Virus record (IMG/VR): IMGVR_UViG_3300010354_009789
DNA length: 20,000 nucleotides
Source: an uncultured virus (IMG/VR IMGVR_UViG_3300010354_009789)
Taxonomy: Duplodnaviria > Heunggongvirae > Uroviricota > Caudoviricetes
Reading direction: 5' to 3' (one strand)
Shown: positions 11,302-17,958 of the stretch, in pieces
Position numbering within the stretch: the stretch's first letter is position 1
Layout: every line of letters begins with the position of its first letter
Notes under the pieces: generated by a model
What the model was told of the DNA's origin: nothing
Databases searched by the model: none
The model's input: the letters and a program-made list of their open reading frames with translations, nothing else
Position numbers and translations under genes: made by a program

Positions 11302-11703
11302 TTATCGAGTTGGCTGAAGAGCAAATGTTAATTGTTGTGCCGGAACGTCAATTCCAACTATTTCATAAGAAATTGTCACATTAAATTCATTATTATCGAA
11401 GTTAGGTGAGACTATAACTTCGATTAATTTAACTCTGGGTTCATATGTATTGATGGTGTCTTCTATTTCCTGCTGAATAAATCCAGCAGTGATCTCATCC
11501 ATATTCTCAAACAGTGCAGCACTCACTTTGGAACCCAAATTCTCATTAAAAAACCGTTCTCCGGGTTGAGTGAGGACTAGATTTCTGACAGCACGTGCAA
11601 TCGCAGACTCATTTTTGAGTGCAATTAAGTCATGATTGACAGGATTTGACAAAAATGACATGCTTAAATCTTTAAATCCTCTACTTACCCTTTGAACTGG
11701 CAT
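11302..11703 (-). CDS. gp25: Baseplate wedge subunit (T4 gp25-like)
   Basis: 133 aa; AIARAVRNLVLTQPGERFFNENLGS...IEDTINTYEPRV is the GPW/gp25 signature. The stop abuts the gp6 start (TAAATG). Confidence 0.95.
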   Translation of the reverse strand: MPVQRVSRGFKDLSMSFLSNPVNHDLIALKNESAIARAVRNLVLTQPGERFFNENLGSKVSAALFENMDEITAGFIQQEIEDTINTYEPRVKLIEVIVSPNFDNNEFNVTISYEIVGIDVPAQQLTFALQPTR

Positions 11704-11725
11704 GAATAAGATAATAAATCTACCT

Positions 11726-11732
11726 TATTTAG
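11726..11732 (-). promoter_or_regulatory. Putative T4-type late promoter (CTAAATA)
   Basis: Minus strand reads ACACCTAAATAAGG about 22 nt upstream of the gp25 ATG; matches the TAAATA core of gp55-dependent late promoters. Confidence 0.7.
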
Positions 11733-11747
11733 GTGTATAATTTGGGA

Positions 11748-12038
11748 TTATTCTCCCGGATTTTTTCCATATACGGGTTCAGTTCCATAATCCCAATCAT
11801 CATAATCTTCATCATTACGAATTTTCTCATGAAGTTCGTTTTGAGTCGTAAAATCATGCCTTTTGGGAGTGTCATCATCGTGATTTATCTCACGGAGCAT
11901 TCTGGATTTGTGAAAACCAGATCCGTGAGCAAAATGATTACCATCAAAAGTGGCAGAATCTGCTTCTAAAGCATTTAGATCGCCATTTTGCCACAGTTCG
12001 CGCATAATCTCTTGATTTTTTTCGTGTTGATTTGACAT
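11748..12038 (-). CDS. Hypothetical protein, acidic C-terminus
   Basis: 96-aa ORF tightly packed between co-oriented neighbours; ends ...NDEDYDDWDYGTEPVYGKNPGE. Confidence 0.75.
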   Translation of the reverse strand: MSNQHEKNQEIMRELWQNGDLNALEADSATFDGNHFAHGSGFHKSRMLREINHDDDTPKRHDFTTQNELHEKIRNDEDYDDWDYGTEPVYGKNPGE

Positions 12039-12045
12039 AATTTAC

Positions 12046-12651
12046 CTATTTGATATAAAAACCAAGTCTTTCGTATCTTGGAGCATCGATCCAACGATAT
12101 CCCTCTCTTATATAACGGAGTGAATCGTTCGTATCTTCTTTCCAAACTGGAACTGCAATTCTATTATTGTATTGAAAGTTTGGATTTTGGCGAAAATGAA
12201 CCTCAATCAAACGTTCTCCAATAAATTCGCAATTAATATATGGATAATTCCCAGACAAATCATTTAAAATTTCCGGAAATTCAATAGTATACTCATCCAG
12301 TTTAAGCCATCGTGTCCATTTGTAGAAAAGATCTTCTCTATCACGACTACCAATCACGGTTAAAATTGGTTTCTTCTCATGATAGTCTACTGAAATATGG
12401 TGTCCTTCAAAATATTCACACCAAAAATCACTTGGATAAAGATGATTCGTGTGATCATACAGAAACATTTTTTTCGCATGTTGACTCATTCCATTTAAGT
12501 TCATGGATGGACGCACCATATAAAAAGAGGGTTTGGGAACACGTGCTCCAGCAGGACCACATGCATAACCCAAAACCCTACTCAAATTGAGTTTGTTATA
12601 AACCCAAAGATCTTTCAAATGAATCTGATTCCATTCATCTGAAGTTTCCAT
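12046..12651 (-). CDS. Hypothetical protein with ATP-grasp-like motifs
   Basis: 201 aa; YMVRPSMNLNGMS, FWCEYFEGHHISVDY and INCEFIGERLIEVHFR resemble, in order, the VKP..G, QEyi.G.e.sVd and nvEf...iEiN.R motifs of ATP-grasp proteins. The ORF is solid; the fold call is inference. Confidence 0.65.
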   Translation of the reverse strand: METSDEWNQIHLKDLWVYNKLNLSRVLGYACGPAGARVPKPSFYMVRPSMNLNGMSQHAKKMFLYDHTNHLYPSDFWCEYFEGHHISVDYHEKKPILTVIGSRDREDLFYKWTRWLKLDEYTIEFPEILNDLSGNYPYINCEFIGERLIEVHFRQNPNFQYNNRIAVPVWKEDTNDSLRYIREGYRWIDAPRYERLGFYIK

Positions 12652-12792
12652 TCAACCTTGCCCACGATAACGCTTATTTCGACCGTTGCGAGATGTAGCA
12701 CTCAGTTTGGTGTGAGGACCCCTTCCTTGACGAGACTTCTTCGGCTTGGATTCGATCTTTACTCCACCAGTGAAACTAGGACGCTTTGCCAT
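12652..12792 (-). CDS. Small highly basic protein (46 aa)
   Basis: Translated by hand: MAKRPSFTGGVKIESKPKKSRQGRGPHTKLSATSRNGRNKRYRGQG. The stop directly abuts the next ATG (TGAATG). Below the ORF-track size cutoff. Confidence 0.8.
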   Translation of the reverse strand: MAKRPSFTGGVKIESKPKKSRQGRGPHTKLSATSRNGRNKRYRGQG

Positions 12793-12829
12793 AATAAATT
12801 AAACTCCTTTGTGTTATAAAACGAGAAAA

Positions 12830-13606
12830 TCAAATAATACGAGTCTTTTCGTGACCAACGCGAATACGAGGGTCGCACCAGATTTCAAATCCCTTTTCTT
12901 TTGCATCAAGACAGAAGGACACATCCTCCCCACACATGTCTTGAACTGCTCCAGACTCAAAGACTTGCATCTTAGGAGCAAACCAAGGATATTCGAGATT
13001 CTCAAAGACACCCTTCTTAATGAGAACCCAACCAAACCCAGTGTAATCTACTGTGAAGGGCTTCTTGCGACGTGCCATGGTCTCTACGGTCTCGTGATTC
13101 ATCACACCACCGTTGTTACGGAAGTCCTCTTCCTCCAACCAGTGAGCAACTGAGGTAGTGTGCCCATCCTCTGTTGCATACCATCCTGCGGTGACTTCAC
13201 GTTCCGTGCCGTCCTCAGACAGTGCAAGATCGCACAATTGCCAGAATTTTTCTGTGTTGAATACGATGTCGCTGTCGATCCACAGTTGATAATCGTAAGG
13301 AAGTTTGCCGTCCCAGGGAATCTGATTGGGACCCCGCAGCACGTTTGCTCCAAGGCACTTACAGCGGGCGAAGTTGACCATGGAGGAGTAATCCTGAGAG
13401 ATCTGAATACTCAGACCGCTCTGTACCATATCAAAGCAGAGTTGCACAAACGCTTTGAGAAATGTAAATGAACAACCGCGCCCTGGCAGGCAAAACACGA
13501 TTGTTTTTCCGCGCATACGCTCTTTAATGGCTGCGTAGTCCCAGGAAGTCTCGGGACCCGTGCCAGCTGTCGGCGGTTTCGCTTTAACTCTAAATCCTTT
13601 TGCCAT
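12830..13606 (-). CDS. GT-A-fold (GT2-like) glycosyltransferase-like protein
   Basis: 258 aa; YDYQLWIDSDIVF (DxD), VDYTGFGWVLIKKGVFE and GEDVSFCLDAKEKGFEIWCDPRIRVGH match GT-A motifs. Confidence 0.8.
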   Translation of the reverse strand: MAKGFRVKAKPPTAGTGPETSWDYAAIKERMRGKTIVFCLPGRGCSFTFLKAFVQLCFDMVQSGLSIQISQDYSSMVNFARCKCLGANVLRGPNQIPWDGKLPYDYQLWIDSDIVFNTEKFWQLCDLALSEDGTEREVTAGWYATEDGHTTSVAHWLEEEDFRNNGGVMNHETVETMARRKKPFTVDYTGFGWVLIKKGVFENLEYPWFAPKMQVFESGAVQDMCGEDVSFCLDAKEKGFEIWCDPRIRVGHEKTRII

Positions 13607-13641
13607 AATTTTAAGAACACTTCAAACTCATTTTATCGTCC

Positions 13642-13648
13642 TATTTAG
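13642..13648 (-). promoter_or_regulatory. Putative T4-type late promoter (CTAAATA) overlapping the HNH stop codon
   Basis: Minus strand TACTAAATAGG about 35 nt upstream of the ATG at 13606; its TAA is the HNH stop. Confidence 0.6.
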
Positions 13649-14058
13649 TAGTTGTCAACCCTCTGAAATTTCCCCCCTTCCCCTCTTGGAACTTCTTTGT
13701 TTCGGAAGTTCTCCGCATGATCACACCATCTCAGATTTGTGACCTCGTTGCAGAGTTTGTCTCTGTTGATGTGGTCCACCTCTGAGAGGTTGTGAGGGTT
13801 CTCTAGGAGGGTCTCTGCAACCAGTCTATGAACATAGTATCTGATCTGCTTGACGAATCTTCCAGACTCATCTCTGAGGGATATATTGACCGCTGCATAC
13901 AGTCGCTTATTCCCCGCTGCGCCCCCTCTAAGGTGTTGTGCGACCTCGACCTTTTCTGAGAGAATTTTTCCCCCGGAATTTTTTTTAGAATCTCGGAACA
14001 CCTTTCCGTTTTCGGTGACATAATACCCATCAAATTTTGTCCGGAAAAATTTTTGCAT
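13645..14058 (-). CDS. Free-standing HNH homing endonuclease (NUMOD4-like N-terminus + HNH)
   Basis: 137 aa; GYYVTENGKVF (NUMOD4-like) and YYVHRLVAETLLENPHNLSEVDHINRDKLCNEVTNLRWCDHAEN (HNH_3-type motif). Confidence 0.88.
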   Translation of the reverse strand: MQKFFRTKFDGYYVTENGKVFRDSKKNSGGKILSEKVEVAQHLRGGAAGNKRLYAAVNISLRDESGRFVKQIRYYVHRLVAETLLENPHNLSEVDHINRDKLCNEVTNLRWCDHAENFRNKEVPRGEGGKFQRVDNY

Positions 14059-14212
14059 CGCTTGATATCACTCTAAGGGGTATATACTTTTATAGATTAG
14101 GGGATCCATTGATTTTAGCTAAGGGGGGGCCTTAATCACGCTATGCCCGCATAAACGCGGCACATTCGCATCAATACAACTGCCAATCACGAATACGCAC
14201 CAATACTATACT

Positions 14213-14233
14213 GGGGGTCACGAATGGACCCCC
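14213..14233 (-). terminator. GC-rich hairpin at the end of the small-gene array (possible terminator)
   Basis: GGGGGTC-acgaatg-GACCCCC, a 7-bp perfect stem 8 nt after the stop at 14242; no clear U-tract. Confidence 0.45.
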
Positions 14234-14241
14234 GTTGATTA

Positions 14242-14424
14242 TCAGTATCCCGCCCAATCTAACAGATCTTCAGCATAAACCTTATCACCCCATGCACATG
14301 CCTTAAATGTATCAACAAACTCATCAAACCAATCGTGACCTTGTGCAAACCTACGTGCTTGCTTCCAGGTCACATAACCATCAGAATCTGCTGCTTGAAG
14401 GAGCATACGCTTGGACATCATCAT
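14242..14424 (-). CDS. Small hypothetical protein
   Basis: 60 aa; start overlaps the upstream stop (ATGA). Confidence 0.7.
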   Translation of the reverse strand: MMMSKRMLLQAADSDGYVTWKQARRFAQGHDWFDEFVDTFKACAWGDKVYAEDLLDWAGY

Positions 14425-14579
14425 GCACCGGGGAAAGGTTGAACAGAAAGAATCAGCGAATCAGAAACCTCAGAATCGGAAGCAGAAACGCTCCGATCAG
14501 TAAGTGCATCCAGAATTTGGAGAATTTGGTTACCATCTTGACCTTTGCTAAGCAGAGAAATCAGAACGTCGCGAGACAT
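14421..14579 (-). CDS. Small hypothetical protein (52 aa)
   Basis: Hand-translated: MSRDVLISLLSKGQDGNQILQILDALTDRSVSASDSEVSDSLILSVQPFPGA; coupled to the next ORF by ATGA. Confidence 0.7.
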   Translation of the reverse strand: MSRDVLISLLSKGQDGNQILQILDALTDRSVSASDSEVSDSLILSVQPFPGA

Positions 14580-14638
14580 AATCAAAAGAAAGAATAGGAC
14601 AGTAAGTGTAACTTTAGGGCAAACACATTCCCATGAAT

Positions 14639-14773
14639 TCAGATTACAATCGATGCCTTAGTTCCACAAGCAATGAGGAAGTCAACCATGGAACATGCCT
14701 CAGAGTATGTCACAAACCAGAGGTTCTTCCACGTGGCAGAGATAGGACACCAGAAGCGAACTTGTGTTTTCAT
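14639..14773 (-). CDS. Small hypothetical protein (44 aa)
   Basis: Hand-translated: MKTQVRFWCPISATWKNLWFVTYSEACSMVDFLIACGTKASIVI; AATCATG start context shared with neighbours. Confidence 0.65.
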   Translation of the reverse strand: MKTQVRFWCPISATWKNLWFVTYSEACSMVDFLIACGTKASIVI

Positions 14774-14782
14774 GATTTAACC

Positions 14783-14962
14783 TCAGTTGGAACATGCGGG
14801 GGGAACGTATGCAGTGTCGATCTGCAGAATACCATCAACCACGAACTCTTGCATCAGATAGGCAATAGGCAAACCGTATTGAATACTCATTGCCTCTAAT
14901 TCACGCATCACTTCACCAACATCAGTAAAAGGGCGGAAGTGTTGAGGAACGTAGTCTTTCAT
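14783..14962 (-). CDS. Small hypothetical protein (59 aa)
   Basis: Hand-translated: MKDYVPQHFRPFTDVGEVMRELEAMSIQYGLPIAYLMQEFVVDGILQIDTAYVPPACSN; leader TCTCACTTGAAATCATG. Confidence 0.65.
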   Translation of the reverse strand: MKDYVPQHFRPFTDVGEVMRELEAMSIQYGLPIAYLMQEFVVDGILQIDTAYVPPACSN

Positions 14963-15001
14963 GATTTCAAGTGAGAATGGGATAGGGATTACAGAGTCAG
15001 A

Positions 15002-15217
15002 TTAACCACCACCATACACATACTCAACTATACCTGCCTCATCAAGTCCTACGGATTCGATGACAGTGAAAACTCCATACTCATCGAACTCTTTAGCATA
15101 ATAATCACCGAACTCTTTGATAAACAATTCACGGCACTGATCTTTAGTCTCAGCAGCAATCACGACCATGCCAGAGGTATAGTCGGAGAGAACTTGGTTG
15201 ACGATGAACAGTTTCAT
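15002..15217 (-). CDS. Small acidic hypothetical protein
   Basis: 71-aa ORF; leader TCTCACTTGCAATCATG is nearly identical to that of the 14962 ORF. Confidence 0.8.
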   Translation of the reverse strand: MKLFIVNQVLSDYTSGMVVIAAETKDQCRELFIKEFGDYYAKEFDEYGVFTVIESVGLDEAGIVEYVYGGG

Positions 15218-15242
15218 GATTGCAAGTGAGAGAGTAAAGAAT

Positions 15243-15261
15243 GGGGGAGGATTAGTCCCCC
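15243..15261. other. Intergenic hairpin (terminator or RNA-stability/processing element)
   Basis: GGGGGA-ggattag-TCCCCC between the stop at 15272 and the start at 15217. Confidence 0.4.
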
Positions 15262-15271
15262 TTGAAGAATG

Positions 15272-15427
15272 CTATTTGCAGGTGCATTGCCAAACGGCAG
15301 AATGACCTTTAGGGCAGGGAGTTTGACGCTTTGGAAGACCTGCCTCCAGAACTGCCTTTTTGCATTGTGCTTCGATCTCAGCAAGAGTGAAGCGGGTAGG
15401 AGTGTTGGAACGGGTACGGAAGTTCAT
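15272..15427 (-). CDS. Small basic hypothetical protein (51 aa)
   Basis: MNFRTRSNTPTRFTLAEIEAQCKKAVLEAGLPKRQTPCPKGHSAVWQCTCK; start reassigned to the ATG after AAAGGATC, downstream of repeat copy 1. Confidence 0.65.
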   Translation of the reverse strand: MNFRTRSNTPTRFTLAEIEAQCKKAVLEAGLPKRQTPCPKGHSAVWQCTCK

Positions 15428-15480
15428 GATCCTTTGAATGAATTTGGAGGGGGGAGAGGGAGAGCATCCCTGCCCCCCCT

Positions 15481-15538
15481 GTATCTTCATAATAGGACGC
15501 TGGAACCGGTTGGAGGGTTTTTCAGCGTATCTGCATCA
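15481..15538 (-). promoter_or_regulatory. Intergenic repeat element copy 1
   Basis: TGA TGCAGATACGCTGAA AAA CCCTCC N17 TATTAT GAAGATAC. Confidence 0.85.
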
Positions 15539-15736
15539 GTTCAGAATGATACGATAATCAATGGATTTGATGCACCAACCTGTAGCACATGTGATCTCTT
15601 CTATGAGATCTTCTTCATCATCTGCCTCCCAAATCATACCGATAGTTTCGTCGGTAATGTTACTAAACTGATGCTCAGGAAAGTCATCAGTAGCATCATC
15701 AAAATCAAACTCAATTTCAGTAACTTGGAATTGCAT
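15536..15736 (-). CDS. Small acidic hypothetical protein
   Basis: 66 aa, MQFQVTEIEFDFDD...; its TGA is the first triplet of repeat copy 1. Confidence 0.85.
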   Translation of the reverse strand: MQFQVTEIEFDFDDATDDFPEHQFSNITDETIGMIWEADDEEDLIEEITCATGWCIKSIDYRIILN

Positions 15737-15763
15737 GATTCAGACCAGTTAGGATTGCATTTC

Positions 15764-15982
15764 TCACCATGGGGTGGTGATTCCGTCTTTTGTATTCAGG
15801 TTGGAAGCGATGGCAGACTCTAAACAAACCTCACGGGTGTCCAGGACAGCATAATCAAATCCTTCAACTTCTTCAAGGTGCTTTTGATAAGCAACAGCAG
15901 CAGAGAAGCAATCAAACAGGCGGAGAGATTTGAAGTTTTCACCTTCATAATCAATTCCACCGATCACAGCGTAGACTTTCAT
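15764..15982 (-). CDS. Small hypothetical protein
   Basis: MKVYAVIGGIDYEGENFKSLRLFDCFSAAVAYQKHL...; ATG overlaps the upstream stop (TGATG). Confidence 0.8.
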   Translation of the reverse strand: MKVYAVIGGIDYEGENFKSLRLFDCFSAAVAYQKHLEEVEGFDYAVLDTREVCLESAIASNLNTKDGITTPW

Positions 15983-16152
15983 CACAGATCTCCAACGATG
16001 AAGTAGTATGCAACAGAGGAAGGAACGCCGCTTAACGCAAGTGAACCGTTACGGGCGTCGCAGTAATCTTGGGCCTCATCTTCAGAATCAAAAGGTCCGA
16101 TGTATTCTGGGGACTCCAGATGAATGGAATCAAAGCGGACGGTGTAGGACAT
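15982..16152 (-). CDS. Small acidic hypothetical protein (56 aa)
   Basis: Hand-translated: MSYTVRFDSIHLESPEYIGPFDSEDEAQDYCDARNGSLALSGVPSSVAYYFIVGDL; follows repeat copy 2 with an AAGGA RBS. Confidence 0.8.
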   Translation of the reverse strand: MSYTVRFDSIHLESPEYIGPFDSEDEAQDYCDARNGSLALSGVPSSVAYYFIVGDL

Positions 16153-16164
16153 GGGTGGGTTCCT

Positions 16165-16225
16165 TTGGTATCTTCATCATACCCTCCGGAAGGGGTCTGG
16201 AGGGTTTTTCAGCAGATCTGCATCA
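16165..16225 (-). promoter_or_regulatory. Intergenic repeat element copy 2
   Basis: TGA TGCAGATCTGCTGAA AAA CCCTCC N17 TATGAT GAAGATACCAA; 61 bp identical to copy 5. Confidence 0.9.
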
Positions 16226-16393
16226 CATCCCGTTGAGCATGTCGTAGATGGCATCCAGATAGTCTGCCTCAGTCTCAAACGTGCGACCGTGCACAGTACG
16301 GGGATAGTCTGCCTTTGCAGCAGGTTGACGCAGTTCGCTTTCAGTGTAACCTTTCTGCATCAGGTGCTCAACGTAGGGGTTGGAATGGGTCAT
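16223..16393 (-). CDS. Small hypothetical protein (56 aa)
   Basis: MTHSNPYVEHLMQKGYTESELRQPAAKADYPRTVHGRTFETEADYLDAIYDMLNGM; bracketed exactly by repeat copies 3 and 2. Confidence 0.8.
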   Translation of the reverse strand: MTHSNPYVEHLMQKGYTESELRQPAAKADYPRTVHGRTFETEADYLDAIYDMLNGM

Positions 16394-16404
16394 GGGTCTT
16401 TCCT

Positions 16405-16470
16405 TTGGTATCTTCATCATAGGGCATCCGGGACCGTTGGCGGGGTTTTCAGCAGATGTGCAGCAGATCT
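16405..16470 (-). promoter_or_regulatory. Intergenic repeat element copy 3
   Basis: AGATCTGCTGCACATCTGCTGAA AAC CCCGCC N17 TATGAT GAAGATACCAAAGGA. Confidence 0.9.
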
Positions 16471-16477
16471 TCACAAT

Positions 16478-16507
16478 ATAAAAAATCCGGGGTTACCAGC
16501 CCCGGAT
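16478..16507 (-). terminator. Rho-independent terminator
   Basis: Minus strand ATCCGGGG-CTGGTAA-CCCCGGAT followed by TTTTTAT. Confidence 0.85.
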
Positions 16508-16590
16508 CAGTTCACCCATACACCTCTATCAACTATCATTATCTCCGCTCAACTTCGATTCGGTTCCCATCCGAATCGGGGTGACTTTTC
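16480..16590 (-). ncRNA. Candidate structured small RNA or 3' UTR element
   Basis: Non-coding gap with a perfect hairpin CGATTCGG-ATGGGAA-CCGAATCG enclosed by a TCACCC/GGGTGA pairing, preceded by TGCTATAAG and closed by a strong terminator. Confidence 0.35.
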
Positions 16591-16622
16591 TTATAGCAGC
16601 GGCAAACCCTTTCCGCGATGGA

Positions 16623-17090
16623 CTAGAAGTTACGATTGAAGATGAAACCACCTTCATAATCGAAATCATAGGACAGATTGGAATTCCAAGTTGCATCCCA
16701 ATCCACTACAACGTATGCGGGAATGTCACCGTATACATCAGTGGTGAACTGTTCAGCGAAATCTGCCTCAGAATCATATTCGCCCTGATAGGCATCTTCG
16801 AACGAATCCAGACAATCTTCACCATAGAGTTCGATGAATGCCTCTACAGCATCTTGAGAATAGATGTCTACCAGACGATCATACTCTTCCTGATTCTCTT
16901 CAGAAACCTCAGTTTCATCAGAGGGCAGAGACTGACCCTTTGCCTCAAGCAATTCAGTGTAGAATTCAGTGTAGGCACCTTTGCCATTCTCTTTCACGTA
17001 ACCACAGGCAAGCACAACCTCAGTTGCAGTCTTACCTTCAGCACGAAGGGAATCAACGCGGGAGATGAGATCGGAACCGGTGAGTTTCAT
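16623..17090 (-). CDS. Fusion of a cyanobacterial AbrB-like N-terminal domain with an ArdA-like acidic (DNA-mimic) domain
   Basis: N-terminus LTGSDLISRV...VVLACGYVKENGK..YTEFYTELLEAKG resembles the cyAbrB N-terminus. C-terminus DAYQGEYDSEADFAEQF...DIPAYVVVDWDATW...YEGGFIF resembles ArdA. Very acidic. Confidence 0.7.
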   Translation of the reverse strand: MKLTGSDLISRVDSLRAEGKTATEVVLACGYVKENGKGAYTEFYTELLEAKGQSLPSDETEVSEENQEEYDRLVDIYSQDAVEAFIELYGEDCLDSFEDAYQGEYDSEADFAEQFTTDVYGDIPAYVVVDWDATWNSNLSYDFDYEGGFIFNRNF

Positions 17091-17131
17091 GGTCTTAGAG
17101 CGATTGGGTTGGGGTGGAGGTCTTTCCCTCC

Positions 17132-17190
17132 TGTATCTTCATCATACCCCCCGGACGGGGTTCGGAGGGTTTTTCAGCGAATGTGCATCA
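17132..17190 (-). promoter_or_regulatory. Intergenic repeat element copy 4
   Basis: TGA TGCACATTCGCTGAA AAA CCCTCC N17 TATGAT GAAGATACA. Confidence 0.88.
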
Positions 17191-17415
17191 GAAGTGCGAT
17201 TCGGACCAGTCAAGCACTTCGCTATACTTAGCGATGCCATCATAGCAACGCTTGCTCATCTCATGATCGCCATCTGCAATATAACCTTTCAGGAATTCGA
17301 AGCAATATTTGATACGCAATTCAGGTGCGATTATTTCAAGTTGTTGACGCTTACGCTCTTGATAGGAGTTGTAAGCAAACATTTCACGATCTTCGAATGA
17401 CATTTGGTGGAACAT
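17188..17415 (-). CDS. Small hypothetical protein
   Basis: 75 aa; bracketed exactly by repeat copies 5 and 4. Confidence 0.85.
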   Translation of the reverse strand: MFHQMSFEDREMFAYNSYQERKRQQLEIIAPELRIKYCFEFLKGYIADGDHEMSKRCYDGIAKYSEVLDWSESHF

Positions 17416-17430
17416 GGGTGGGGTCCTCTC

Positions 17431-17491
17431 TTGGTATCTTCATCATACCCTCCGGAAGGGGTCTGGAGGGTTTTTCAGCAGATCTGCATCA
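17431..17491 (-). promoter_or_regulatory. Intergenic repeat element copy 5
   Basis: Identical over 61 bp to copy 2. Confidence 0.9.
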
Positions 17492-17878
17492 AAACGTAAT
17501 CTGCCAACCATGGCGGGCGCTGCACTTAGCGTATGCTGGGGGTGCAGCAGGATCAGCATCCTTAGCAATCTTAGCGATTCGATCATAAGGAATTGTATCC
17601 TCACTGCAGTATTCCTCCAAACCATTCGGAGTTACAACTGCGAAACCACGATTATCCTTGCTGTAGTATTCAATATCATCTGCAGTAAAGGCAATCGGGG
17701 ATCCATCATACATTGAACCATAGGCAACTTTACCATCTTTGATGATCACTTGATCCGGTTGATATCCATGCGCAGACCAATAGGTTCCATCGGGAACTCT
17801 AGGGGCAGCAGATCCACACGCAGTGGTGAGAATAGCAAGACCGGCAATCACGATACCGGTGAGTTTGGTGGCGGTCAT
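17489..17878 (-). CDS. Putative lipoprotein (129 aa)
   Basis: Start reassigned to 17878: MTATKLTGIVIAGLAILTTA-CGS, i.e. a basic residue, a hydrophobic stretch and a lipobox-like TTA|C. Bracketed by repeat copies 6 and 5. Confidence 0.7.
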   Translation of the reverse strand: MTATKLTGIVIAGLAILTTACGSAAPRVPDGTYWSAHGYQPDQVIIKDGKVAYGSMYDGSPIAFTADDIEYYSKDNRGFAVVTPNGLEEYCSEDTIPYDRIAKIAKDADPAAPPAYAKCSARHGWQITF

Positions 17879-17892
17879 GATCGGGTCCTCCC

Positions 17893-17958
17893 TTGGTATC
17901 TTCATCTTATGCCCCTCAGGGAATCTGAAGGGCATTTCAGCAGATGTGCAGCAGATCA
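17893..17958 (-). promoter_or_regulatory. Intergenic repeat element copy 6
   Basis: TGA TCTGCTGCACATCTGCTGAA ATG CCCTTC N17 TAAGAT GAAGATACCAA. Confidence 0.88.

Noticed and set aside
13645..14058. HNH inside a group I intron
   Set aside because: The downstream gene is intact with its own start and no split exons or intron core are evident; it appears free-standing.
16508..16622. tRNA gene
   Set aside because: No cloverleaf, T-loop consensus or CCA end could be built on either strand.
15427..17935. Extended ORF starts (15490, 16474, 17935) giving a shared MKIP/MKIQ leader peptide
   Set aside because: The ATG overlaps the -10-like hexamer and is in frame with the downstream gene in only 4 of 8 copies; better starts with RBS-like sequences lie downstream.
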